Source of the DNA: Squalus acanthias
Lineage: Eukaryota
DNA: 64,000 nucleotides
Direction of reading: 5' to 3'
Assembly: GCA_030390025.1 (NCBI GenBank)
Contig: CM059432.1
Span: forward strand, 70,496,001-70,560,000
Under the pieces are notes generated by a model, which worked only from the letters and a program-made list of their open reading frames with translations, did no database searches and was not told where the DNA came from. A program made the translations under genes and the position numbers. This document shows positions 36,021 to 47,327 of this stretch, piece by piece (position 1 is the stretch's first letter; every line of letters starts with the position of its first letter).

Positions 36021-39000
36021 TGTAGCTTTTAAAAGCTCTTTATAATAATTTGTCCGTGACTACACAAACCACTCTGGGTACAGGTATATTGTGTATCAGT
36101 AAAACAGGTTTATTAAGCATTAAACATCCAGTACAAAGAAGTAATACATAACAAGCAGATAGTCGCAGTCTGTTCATTAAACCCCGGCGTTCCTTCCGAG
36201 TGACTGTGACGCGGTCTCTTTATTCTCTTGCTGTGTTCCGTTGACTGAAGCTTCTCATCCTCTGGTTTCGCGCTGCCTTCAGTGTTCAATAGCTCTTCCT
36301 TTATACCTTTATTTCCCCTTCAAAATACATAGCAACATGCAGCTGCTTGGGCTATCTCTCCATTCTGACCTTCACAAGTACAGTCTATGATTCCCTCCCC
36401 TTTTCTTGTCAATCATCTTATGACCTTGTATTCAGTGCTGAGTACTGGTGAGGGCGATGGTTCCTCTGGGGAGTGCATCCAGAGCCAAGTCCACAGCACC
36501 ATGGAAGGCTCAGCTGCACAGGCGGGGCGGGGGGGGGGGGGGGGTGGGGGCGCAAGAGGAGAGGGAGACCAATAATGATAGGGGATTCAATAGTTAGGGG
36601 AGCAGACAGGCATTTCTGCAGCCGCAGACGTGACTCTAGGATGGTATGTTGCCTCCCTGGTTCCAGGGTCAAGGATGTCACTGAACAGCTGAAGGGCATT
36701 CTGAGGGGGGAGGGTGAACAGCCAGAGGTCGTGGTCCATATCGGTACCAACGACATAGGTAGGAAGAGGGATGAGGTCCTGCAGGCAGAGTTTAGGGAGC
36801 TAGGAAAGAGGTTAAAAAGCATCACCTCAAAGGTAGCAATCTCCAGATTACTACCAGTGCCACGTGCTAGTGAGTACAGAAATAGGAAGATAGAGCAGAT
36901 GAATGTGTGGCTGGAGAGATGGTGTAGGAGGGAGGGCTTTAGATTCCTGAGGAATTGGAACCGTTTCTGGGGGAGGTGGGACCTCTACAAGCCAGACGGG
37001 TTGCACCTCAACGGGAACGGAACCAATATCCTCGCGGGAGGGTTTGCTAGTGCTGTTGGGGAGGGTTTAAATTAGCTTGGTAGGGGGATGGGAGCCTAAG
37101 TATAGACTCAATAGGGAGGGAAGAAAAATTGGAAAACAAAAACGTAGAAAGTAAATTGGAAGGACAGAGGAATCGAGGGCTAGATAGTAGTCAACAAGGA
37201 GGTTTGCCTGTACTAAATGGTATATATTTCAATGCAAAGAGTATAGCGAACAAGGCAGATGAGCTGAGGGCACAGGTAGATACTTGGGACGATGATATTA
37301 TAGCTATTAGAGATGTGGCTGAAAGAGGGGCAGGTATGGCAGCTCAACATTCCTGGTTACAGGATTTTCAGACGGGATAAAGAGGGAGGTAAAAAGGGAG
37401 GGGAGGTCACAGTGTTGATTAAAGAAACTATTACAGCTGTGAGGAGGGATAATATGTTGGAGGGATCATCAAACGAGGCCATATGGGTCAAATTGAAAAG
37501 CAAAAAAGGGGCGATCACACTGCTGGGAGTGTACTACAGACCCCCAAACAGTGAGGGAGATAGAAGAACAAATATGTAGACAAATTTCTGAAGTGCAAAA
37601 ACTATAGGGCTGTAATAGTAGGGGATTTCAACTACCCCAATATTAACTGGGATAAAATTAGTGTGAAGGGTATAGAGGGTGCGGAATTCCTCAAATGCAT
37701 CCAGGAAAACTTTTTTAGCCAGTATGTAGCAAGCCCAACAAGGAAGGAGGCGGTTCTGGACTTAGTTTTATGGAATGAAGCTGGGCAGGTAGAAGGCGTA
37801 TCAGTGGGGGGAGCATTTTGGTGCTCGTGACCAAAATTCTGTTAGATTTAAGGTAGTTATGGAAAAGGACAAGGATAGACCAGGAATAAAAATTCTAAAT
37901 TGAGGAAAAGCAAATTTTGCTCAGCTCAGAGGGGATTTAGCCATAGTGGACTAGAAACAGCTACTTGAAGGTAAATCAGTGTCAGAGCAGTGGGAGGCAT
38001 TCAAGGAGGAGATCTGGAGGGTTCAGACCAAATATGTGCCCTTAAAGAAAAAAGGTGGGACTAACAAATCTAGAGCCCCCTGGATGTCTAGGGACATACA
38101 GGGTAGGATAAAGAAAAAATGGGAGGCGTATGACAGATACCGAGGGCAAAATACTCCAGAATCTTTAGAGGAGTACAGAAAGTGCAGGGGTGCAATTAAA
38201 AAGGATATTAGGAAAGCAAAGAGAGAGCATGAAAAATTCTTGGCAAGTAAAATCAAGGAAAACCCACAGATGTTTTATAAATCTATTAAGAGTAAGAGGA
38301 TAACTAAAGAAAGGATAGGGCCTATTCGAGATCATAAGGGTAATCTGTGTGTGGAGGCGGGAGACGTCGGTAGGGTTCTTAATGAATACTTTGCGTCTGT
38401 TTTCACAAAGGACGGGCGAAGCAGACATTGCTATTGGGGGAGGAGTGTGAAATATTAGATGAAATAAACACAGTGAGAGAGGAAGTATTAGGGAGTTTAG
38501 CAGCTTTAAAATTGGATAAATCCCCAGGCCCGGATGAAATGTATCCCAAGCTGTTAAGCGAAGCAAAAGAGGAAATCGCAGAGGCCCTGACCATCATTTT
38601 TCAATCCTCTCTGGCTTCAGGTGTGGTGCCGGAGGACTGCTAATGTGGTACCCTTGTTTAAAAAGGGAGAAAAGGATAGACCGAGTAATTACAGGCCAGT
38701 CAGCCTAACCTCGGTGGTGGGAAAATTATTGGAAAGAATTCTGAAGGACAGGATAAATCTTCATTTAGAAAGACACGGATTAATCAAGGATAGTCAGCAC
38801 GGATTTGTTAAGGGAAGGTCGTGTCTGACAAACTTGATTGAAAATTTTGAGGCGGTAACAAGGAGGGTAGATGAGGGTAGTGCGATTGATGTAGTGTATA
38901 TGGACTTTAGCAAGGCTTTTGATAAGGTTCCACATGGCAGACTGGTCATGAAGTTAAAAGCCCATGGGATCCAGGGCAAAGTGTCAAGTTGGATTCAAAG

Positions 39001-40479
39001 CTGGCTCGGAGACAGGAAGCAGAGGGTAATGGTTGATGGGTGTTTTTGTGACTGGAAGGCTGTTTCCAGTAGGGTTCCGCAGGGCTCAGTACTAGGTCCC
39101 TTGCTTTTTGTGGTATATATCAATGATCTAGACTTTAATATAAGGGGGTATGATTAAGAAGCTTGCAGATGATACTAAAATCAGCTGTGTTGTTGATGCT
39201 GAAGAAGGAAGCTGTAGACTGCAGGAAGATATCAATAAATTTGTCAGGTGGGCAGAACAGTGGCTAATGGAATTCAGTCTGGAGAAGTATGAGGTAATGC
39301 ATTTGGAGAGGGCTAACAAGGAAAGGGAATACACATTAAATGGTAGGACACTGAGTAGTGTAGAGGAACAAAGGGACCTTGGCGTGCATGTCCACAGATC
39401 CCTGAAGGTAGTAGGCCAGGTAGATAAAGTGGTTAAGAAGGCATACGGAATGCTTGCCTTTATTAGCTGTGGCATAGAATACAAGAGCAGGGGGGTTATG
39501 CTTCAACTGTATAAAACACTTGTTAGGCCTCAGCTAGAGTGCTGCGTGCAGTTCTGGTCACCACATTACAGGAAAGATGTGATTGCACTAGAGAGGGTAC
39601 AGAGGAAATTTACAAGGATGTTGCCGGGAGTAGAGAATCTTAGCTATGAGGAAAGACTGGATAGGCTGGGTTTGTATTCCTTGGAACTGAGGGGAGACCT
39701 TATTGAGGTGTGTAAAATTATGAGGGGCATTGATAAAGTGGATGGAAAGGACCTATTTCCCTTGGCAGATGGGTCAAAAACCAGGGGGCACAGATTTAAA
39801 GTAATTGGGGGAAGGTTTAGAGGGGACTTGAGGGGAAATTTCTTCACCCAGAGGGTTGTGGGGGTCTGGAACTCACTGCCTGAAAGGGTGGTAGAGGCAG
39901 GAACCCTAACCACATTTTAAAAAGTACTTGGATGTGCACTTGGGATGCTCTAACCTGCAGGGCTATGGACCAAAAGCTGGGAAGTGGGATTAGGCTGGAT
40001 AACTCTTTGTTGGCCGGCGTGGACACGATGGGCTGAAATGGCCTCCTTTCGTGCTGTAACTTTCTATGATTCTATGTTAGTTCCGCTAAGCCTATTTCTG
40101 TGCATAACAAAATACCTTTATCTAAGAAGTTCACTTTACAGAACATCCTTGAGGTGTTTTCTAAACGGTTTGTCTATTCTGCTATTTCTAAAATGAAGGC
40201 TCCAACTCCTATCACTTTTCCATAACATTACTGAACGCCACGTCCCTGACAGAGTCTCCGTGTTTACTTAGCACTACATTACATTCCTTCAGTAATTTAA
40301 AACCGAGGTTTTTAGTCAGGTTGGCATAATTTTCCCATCCTGCTTTGGTCTCAGCCATTCGTCATTTTATACAGGTTTTTTAGATTTTTAACATACAATT
40401 TCACATTATAGTTATATAAAAATGGATATAGAATCTTAATAATGTTTACTAAATCCTACAGGAAACACTCTATCCTACA
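36021..40479 (-). repeat. 3' LTR (about 36021-36429 plus 40076-40479), split by a CR1 insertion
   Basis: Both halves match 45521-46325 collinearly; the junction tgacct(c/t)gt|tagttccgc is intact in the other LTR. Confidence 0.9.
36430..40076 (+). mobile_element. CR1 LINE (ORF1 SGNH/GDSL esterase plus ORF2 EN-RT) inserted in the LTR
   Basis: ORF 36473-37075 IGDSIVRG...HIGTNDIG...DGLHLN; ORF2 pieces 37129-39920 (QHGFVKGRSCLTNL, LADD); tail ttctatgattctatg. Confidence 0.92.
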
Positions 40480-40481
40480 GA

Positions 40482-40491
40482 TCCCTACCTT
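40482..40491 (-). promoter_or_regulatory. Polypurine tract (degenerate)
   Basis: aaggtaggga on the - strand, 2 nt before the 3' LTR TGT. Confidence 0.55.
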
Positions 40492-40830
40492 GAGGGCGAG
40501 GCATTTTGCCGACCCCTCAAAACTAAAATCTTACGTATGGGTTTGTTCTCCTACGTTTATGTAACTCTAAGATATTCTGGGTTGTGATCATATTTAAACG
40601 CGATCAGGTTTCGTACATTAGGTGTTTCAGGTGGCAGGTGTAAACTAGTAAGCATATCAGTACTACAAGCTGGGTTATGACCAGTACATGGGAAATTATC
40701 CTAATTCAAGGAGGAATTTCCATGTTTGTCCCTATGTTGTATTATTAGTCCTAACAATTTTTGACTCCCTACCTTGTGGCATTTGTGTTTAACTGGGTAG
40801 ATCTTAATCAAACTTCTGATCTTACATAGT

Positions 40831-41079
40831 TCAAAGTCTTACTACATGGGTTACATATATCAAATACACTATCATTACAAGTTGGAGAACTACCAGAGCA
40901 TGTGAAATAATATGAACCTATGGGCGTGCTGATGTATTAAGCCCAATATCCCACCAGTGTGAGTTGTCCCTTATGCTATCAAGTTGAATATCTATTCTCG
41001 AGTTGTCTTGTTCCAAAACATAAAAATGCTTTAGGGAGGAGTTCAGTCGCATCACGAGCTCACTGAAACCCTCAAACAA
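40831..41079 (-). pseudogene. env-like C-terminal remnant (heptad region, aromatic membrane-proximal motif, TM helix)
   Basis: Manual translation LFEGFSELVMRLNSSLKHFYVLEQDNSRIDIQLDSIRDNSHWWDIGLNTSARP*VHIISHALVVLQLVMIVYLIYVTHVVRL*. Two N-glycosylation sequons; position about 350 bp upstream of the PPT. Confidence 0.7.
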
Positions 41080-41389
41080 CAGGAATGTCGTATCCGAATT
41101 GTGTCACATAATTGTGTAGCACATAATTGTGTAGCTCATACTCAAAAACGTGTTGGTTGATGGGACAGGTCCTGTTAGACCCATAAAGCATGGTAGTTGC
41201 GGTAGTAGTGACACAGGAGGCACCACCAAAATCACCTCATACTGGATTCGTACTGGTTTTTCCCATGCTCTGTTATCTACAAAACACAATTATTACAAGT
41301 TAAATTCAGTCTTGCAATCATTTCACGTGACATTACAGTTTAACATCTAATCAACAAATCATGGACTTAAAAGATTCTCCAGATCTCTC

Positions 41390-41863
41390 TTACTCGTATC
41401 CATCTTGTGGATAATTCTTACTAAACATGATTTCTCCTTGGCCCTCAATTGTCCCAATCCAAAATCCATATAACTCCACTTCAACTTCAATTTCAATCCC
41501 TCTAACGGGTACCAGTGTGTTTAACTCTATTCTGATTGTTTCATTAATTAGATAGTTTCTCGATGGAGTATGTGTCAATGCTTTAAAAGTTGTCTCATTA
41601 ACCATTTCATGTCTTGCTGTTAAGTAACTGAGCATGTCTGAGACCCGTTCTTCAGTGCAGATTCACCATACATTCCCGGATGGTAATTGCCTCATACGTA
41701 ACGAATCACATTTGCACACTAATATCGGTATCTCAATATCGTGCCGCATGTGCCATCCGATACAAGCCATTCTCGGGCTTTCAGGTGATCTTATCAAAAG
41801 ATTGTCTAGAGGTCTTTGCTCATCTTCCACCGCATGGTCCCAATGTCTCTGGTAGTGGCCGGA
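41390..41863 (-). pseudogene. Unknown ORF remnant of the LTR element (about 158 codons, one in-frame TGA)
   Basis: Frame is open 41863-41390 except TGA at 41665-41663; includes ORF 41390-41635. No domain recognised. Confidence 0.4.
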
Positions 41864-43447
41864 CTATCAAATTCAGTTTTCTTAAGGTTCTTTATAGGCA
41901 GGGACTCTAATGTCTCCAAGGGAAAGCTATCAATTTACTATTCTTAGCTACACTTTCTGACTTTCACTAGAAAGTTTTGAAAATTCCCATTCAGTAGTGT
42001 AATTCTCCTGTTTCTATCTCACACCCTCAATCACTTCCCCTCTCCATTTTACACATCCCATTAATTACCATTCATATCTCATTCATGAGCCCTGGAGGAA
42101 CTTTACTGTCCAGTACAATATTTAAGATAGAAAACATAGATCAAACATTCTCACTTGGTCCAAATTATTAACATTTTTTATTTATCATTATTTTAGAGAA
42201 TCTTTCATTTTCCCAAAAGTAACCTAATATATAGTGCCTGAGTCCATTTTGTCATTTCAAAATTATCCCAAAATCCAAACAGCAGTACTGTTGAACTGAC
42301 AGGTTTTGTCAATGTTCAATTTCATTTCTATCAATTTATCTTATCAATTTCAATTTCAGAAACAAGTGATTCCCAGGCTAGGTGGTTTATGCGGTGTTTT
42401 AACATTAGAGACAGAAGTGCTGCAATTAGCTTACAAGGTAACTTCCATATAACAAAAGAAAGAAGAGAATCCATTGTGACTCTGCTTAAGAGCCCAAGGG
42501 GTTAATTTATCAAATCATTTTCCTTCTGTCACTGGGGAAATATTAACTTAAAACTAAGAAACTTAAATTTAATAATATCCAATATCTTTAAATTTCATTC
42601 AGCAATACTAAAGTTGTTGCTTGGTGAATTTAAACAGCTGTCAGTGGAAAGGGTTAACTCCTTTGCAGGTTTTTAAGAAGGCGGAACGTAACATTGTCAG
42701 GCGTACGCAATTGCGTCACTTCACGTAAATTTAAAAAAACTTTCCCGATCGAAAAAGACAGTTGTGTTTTCACAACTTAATAGGTTAGTTACCCTTAATA
42801 ATTCCAATCTAATTCAGATCAATACTTTATTAACGAAACACAGAACATATAAAACAAAACAAAATAACACATGCTTGCAGAAAACAGTAAATTATGTCAT
42901 TTCTTATTGTCCTTTCTTCAGATGCCTTTCCAAAATACTGTAAAAACACTGAATACAGCTGGAGAAAAATTAGTTTTTCACATTTAAAGAAATCAAATCA
43001 AAATTTCACCATAGCGACCGTGAGTCCAAGGTTAAATTTTAGACAAACTTAATCTTTTGTTAAACAAACTTTTTGTTCTCCTCAGTTTTTTACACACCAG
43101 CTTAACTTAAATTGTAGTTCAAAGTTTTTTTTTTCCAATTCTGAGTGCACAATCTTATTCGCACATTCTTAAAACTTCCAAAATCCAAGACCAGACAAAA
43201 GTTTTAAATACTTTTAACACAGAGAAGTGGGTGGAGCTAAAACACATAACAGAATCTTTCTTTTAAAGACAGACTTTTCAGACAAAAGGAATACTGTAAC
43301 TTCTTAAACATTTATAGTCAGGAAAACTTTCACTCTTTAACACACACTTTCACACAAACTGAAATTCCAGAATATTTTTTTTAAGGTTCCTTAACTCAGC
43401 AATCTTGTATTTTATTTGTCTCGGCACAGACGTTAATAACTTCCATG

Positions 43448-45454
43448 TCAGTAAAACTTTAGGTTTCTCTTTTTTTTTCTTTTTTTAAATCGGCATCTCA
43501 GCAACTTAGGGGTCACTTGAGTTCTAGTTAGGACACTAACTGGTTTCTCAATGTATGCGGAACCGTCCAGCGGGGGGTTTTCCATGTCACTGCTGACATA
43601 GGCTACGGGGGCTGCTGTAGGAGGAGGTGGTAAGGGAGGATATAATTCTCCCTCAGACGGTTTGCACCCTGGGCCTGTCTGTCTAGGACCTCGGCAATCC
43701 TTTGCAAAGTGTCCCACCTTTCTGCAGTTATAACATATCAAGGGTTGCTTACGGGGTGGCGTCCCTGGGTGGGCCTGAGGTCCCTCAACTACATGCACTG
43801 GCGTCTCTGCTGTTGGTACCTGGACCTGAGTTTTAGCGTAGGCCCATGCAGCATTAGCGTCTCTTAAAAGGTCTGTCCATTGCGAGTTGTGGCTGACAGT
43901 GTGCCCTAAGTCTGCTCGCAGTGAGGCCTGAATATTCTTTAAGTATATTTTCTTAAATGCTGCCTCATTCTTCCCGGTTAAGACATTATCATTGGGGCGT
44001 GCCTGCATCATCTCATAAACAGTGTACAACCGATCCCCGAATGCAGCAGGGATCTCATGAGGCCCTTGTTGAGACTGGCTTAATTTCTGAACCAGATCAA
44101 TAGTGTCCAAGCCCAGAGCTGTTTGTATAGTTGTGATTAAGTTATTCAGGGGGTTCCCCACATTAAAGGCAATGAATGGGAGACTGGTCCGTAGGTCCGG
44201 GGTCAAGGCAGACAGTATAACATTTTTCATGTCACTGTCCTCAAAACTAGGATGGTAATTCCGGAACCCCACTATACGTTGCCTTAGCTCCATGGGGCAT
44301 GTTTGTGGGTTAACTGGTCTGAATTGCTGGACACATGCCTGTAGTTCTGCATAGTTCAGGGGCTGGGACCATTCATAAGTACCCACCCACAGCATTCCCG
44401 GGTGGGCTGCCTCTGGTTGTGCTCCTGCTTGTGCCTGGACACCGTCAGCAGCTGGTGGCACGTTAGGAATCACCTGGGTGCGAGTCAGAATATTAACTGG
44501 GGCTTTAGCGGGTGCAGGCTCGTCCACTGAGGTTTTTATGATATTGTTATCAGCATAGGCTGGGAGCCTCTTAGCCAGGTCGATGGTGGCATATGAGACG
44601 GGGGCCTTTTGGGGAGGGGGTAGCAAGGGAGGATATAGTTCTCCACTTAACTCCTCACATTCTTTATCATAACTCACAGGGGGGTCTATTCCCGTGACTG
44701 CCGCTATTACAGCCTGTTGTTTACCCAGCTGGTTTTCCAACTGTTGTATAGTAATATGACACTGCCTGTGGTCCCGACTCCCTTTGGGGGTGCTGAAGAG
44801 CCTCTCTTAGGGCTCCTCATGAATCATTTAATTGTCTGGTAAGACAGTCATTGTCTTTTGTTAAGGAGGCTACCTGACACTGAGCCTCCTCAAGGTTCTA
44901 CATTGCAGCGCCAGCGTGAACTGCATTAATACTCTGGTGCTGTATTATTGCTGTCTAAGCACCAACCAGGCACTGAAGAACTTCATTTTGTTTCTGAAGA
45001 GCTTCATTCTTACTTTTTAACTCTGCAGCCTCTTTTTCCCAGTTTGACTTCTCGCCCGTTAACTTTAGATTCTCTTCTATCAGCCGTAGCTTGTCTTTTT
45101 CTAATTTATCCTGGTTGTCCTCTAACTTGATTTTATTATTTTCCATCTCTAGGAAGGTCTCTTTATCTTGCTCTACACAATACACAGCTGCACTGCCCTA
45201 TCTGGCTTCCATTTCTTCTCCTTAACTTGTTTCTCAATGAACGCAACAACGTCGTCAAAGGATACTCTCTCACCCTTGGTTAGACATTCTACTACTAACG
45301 TCTGTAACTGTGCATCCTCGCACTTCTTCATTAACTTCGTTTTAAAGTCTACAAAAAAATTCTCACTCAACATTCTGCTGTACGTTAAAGAGACACTATC
45401 TGTTAGATAACCTAACTTTCCACAAGGACTTTCATTGATCAGTCAAAAATCCAT
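43448..45454 (-). pseudogene. gag: gag-like gene: N-terminal coiled-coil, capsid-like region, CCHC zinc knuckle; 5' part frameshifted, 430 codons open
   Basis: ATG 45454 about 47 nt after the PBS; ORFs 45173-45373, 44955-45185 and 43448-44740; CYNCRKVGHFAKDC at 43694-43735. Confidence 0.85.
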
Positions 45455-45500
45455 GCGCCTGCCTTATACACAATGGACCTGGTTTCAGTTAATAGTCACA

Positions 45501-45518
45501 GCCCCACATTGGGTGCTA
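45501..45518 (-). promoter_or_regulatory. Primer-binding site, tRNA-Lys(CUU)-like
   Basis: tagcacccaatgtggggc vs TGGCGCCCAACGTGGGGC (15/18, two differences at CpGs); separated from the LTR CA by the dinucleotide AT. Confidence 0.85.
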
Positions 45519-45520
45519 AT

Positions 45521-46325
45521 TGTAGCTTTTAAAAGCTCTTTATAATAGTTTGTCCGTGACTACACAAACCACTCTGGGTACAGGTATATTGTGTATCAGT
45601 AAAACAGGTTTATTAAGCATTAAACATCCAGTACAAAGAAGTAATACTTAACAAGAAGATAGTCGCAGTCTGTTCATTGAAACCCGGCATTCCTTCCGAG
45701 TGACTGTGGCGCGGTCTCTTTATTCTCTTGTTCTGTTGACTGAAGTTTCTCATCCTCTGGTTTCGCGCTGCCTTCAGTGTTCAATAGCTCTTCCTTTATA
45801 CCTTTTTTTTCTCTTCAAAATACATAGCAACTTGCAGCTGCTTGGGCTCTCTCTCCATTCTGACCTTCACAAGTACGGTCTATGATTCCCTCCCCTTTTC
45901 TTGTCAATCATCTTATGACCTCGTTAGTTCCGCTAAGCCTATTTCTGTGCATAACAAAATACCCTTATCTAAGAACTTCACTTTACTGAACATCCTTGAG
46001 GTGTTTTCTAAACAGTTTGTCTATTCTGCTGTTTCTAAAATGAAGGCTCCAACTCCCGTTCACTTTTCCATAACATTACCGAACTCCATGTCCCTGACAG
46101 AGTCTCCGTGTTTACTTAGCATTACATTCCATTACTTCAGTAATTTAAAACCGAGGTTTTTAGTCAGGTTGGCATAATTTTCCCATCCTGCTTTGGTCTC
46201 AGCCATTTGCCATTTTATACAGGCTTTTTAGATTTTTAACATACATTTTCACAGATTATAGTTATATAAAAATGGTTATAGAATCTTAATGTTTACTAAA
46301 TCCTACAGGTACACTCTATCCTACA
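45521..46325 (-). repeat. 5' LTR, 805 bp
   Basis: TG...CA ends; TATAAA (- strand, about 45795-45800) and AATAAA (- strand, 45719-45724 and 45609-45614). Confidence 0.92.
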
Positions 46326-46692
46326 GTATAATTCAGAAAGTACTTTGAAGCTAATGGGCTCAGCATAAAAAATTTTGTATTTCAAAAAAGTAAACCGTTT
46401 ATTGTTGCTTCTTTAAAATATACACTTTTATTTTCTAATCTGCCTGCATTGGAAACAGAGATGGAAAGGAGTAGAGAAAAACATTGCGTAAAGTCATTGA
46501 CATAGCATGATATGGTGAGGCTACAGCAGTTACAGATGGCATAGTTTGTCTGGGAGGACAGGGATCAAATCGAGCATCATAATATGGAGGATCAGCTTTC
46601 TAACTGCTGTATTTCACTGCTGCCTTCCACCTCTCCCAATGGGAAAGGAGCGACTCTTTTTATACTTTTGTGTAAACACCAATATCAAGTTA

Positions 46693-47079
46693 TTTTTTTT
46701 TTTAAAATTGTTTATGGGATGTGGGCGTCGCTGGCAATGCCAACATTTATTGCCCTTGAGAAGGTGGTGGTGAGCAGCCTTCTTGAACCACTACAGTCCA
46801 TGTGGTGAAGGTACTCCCACAGTGCTGTTAGGTAGAGAGTTCCAGGATTTTGACCCAGCGATGATGAAGGATCGGTGATATACTTCTAAGTCAGGATGGT
46901 GTGTGACTTGGAGGGGAACTTGGAGGTGGTAGTGTTCCCATGCGCCTGCTGTCCTTCTAGGTGGAAGAGGTTGTGGGTTTGGGAGGTGTTTAAGGGGGTG
47001 CCAATCAAGCAGGCTGCTTTGTCCTGGATGGTGTCGAGCTTCTTGTGTTGTTGGAGCTGCACTCATCCAGGCAAGTGGC
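46693..47079 (-). mobile_element. 3' fragment of the 9536-13618 LINE family with internal deletions
   Basis: LAWMSAAPTT...SKSWNSLP; A-tail at about 46693-46703. Confidence 0.85.
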
Positions 47080-47327
47080 CAGGACACGGGATAACTCCCC
47101 ATCTCTTCAAAACAGTGCCGTGATCTTTTACGTCCACCTGCGAGAGCAGACGGGGCCTAGGTTTAATGTCTCAACCGAAAGACGGCACCTCTGACAGTGC
47201 AGCACTCCCTCAGCACTGCACTGGAGTGTCAGCCTAGATTTATGTGCTCAAATCCCTGGAGTGGGACTTGAACCCACAACCTTCTGACCCAGAGGTGAGT
47301 GTGCTACCAACTGAGCCACAGCTGACT
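47077..47327 (-). mobile_element. tRNA-derived SINE 5' part with a Deu-domain-like core
   Basis: On -: A box tggctcagttgg, B box ggttcaagtcc, then gctgacactccagtgcagtgctgagggagtgctgcact...gtaaaagatcacggcactgttttgaagag. Confidence 0.75.

Larger units (their letters stand above)
36021..46325 (-). mobile_element. pol-less endogenous retrovirus-like LTR element (LTR-PBS-gag-ORF-env remnant-PPT-LTR)
   Basis: Direct LTRs with TGTAG...CTACA ends; near-TSD gtac (36017-36020) / gtat (46326-46329); Lys PBS; gag with CCHC; TM-bearing env remnant. No PR/RT/IN motifs seen between gag and env. Confidence 0.88.

Noticed and set aside
36021..46325. Firm assignment as an endogenous foamy virus
   Set aside because: PBS and TSD fit, but pol is absent, Gag has a CCHC knuckle and the PPT is offset by 2 nt. 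An RT phylogeny from an autonomous copy is needed.
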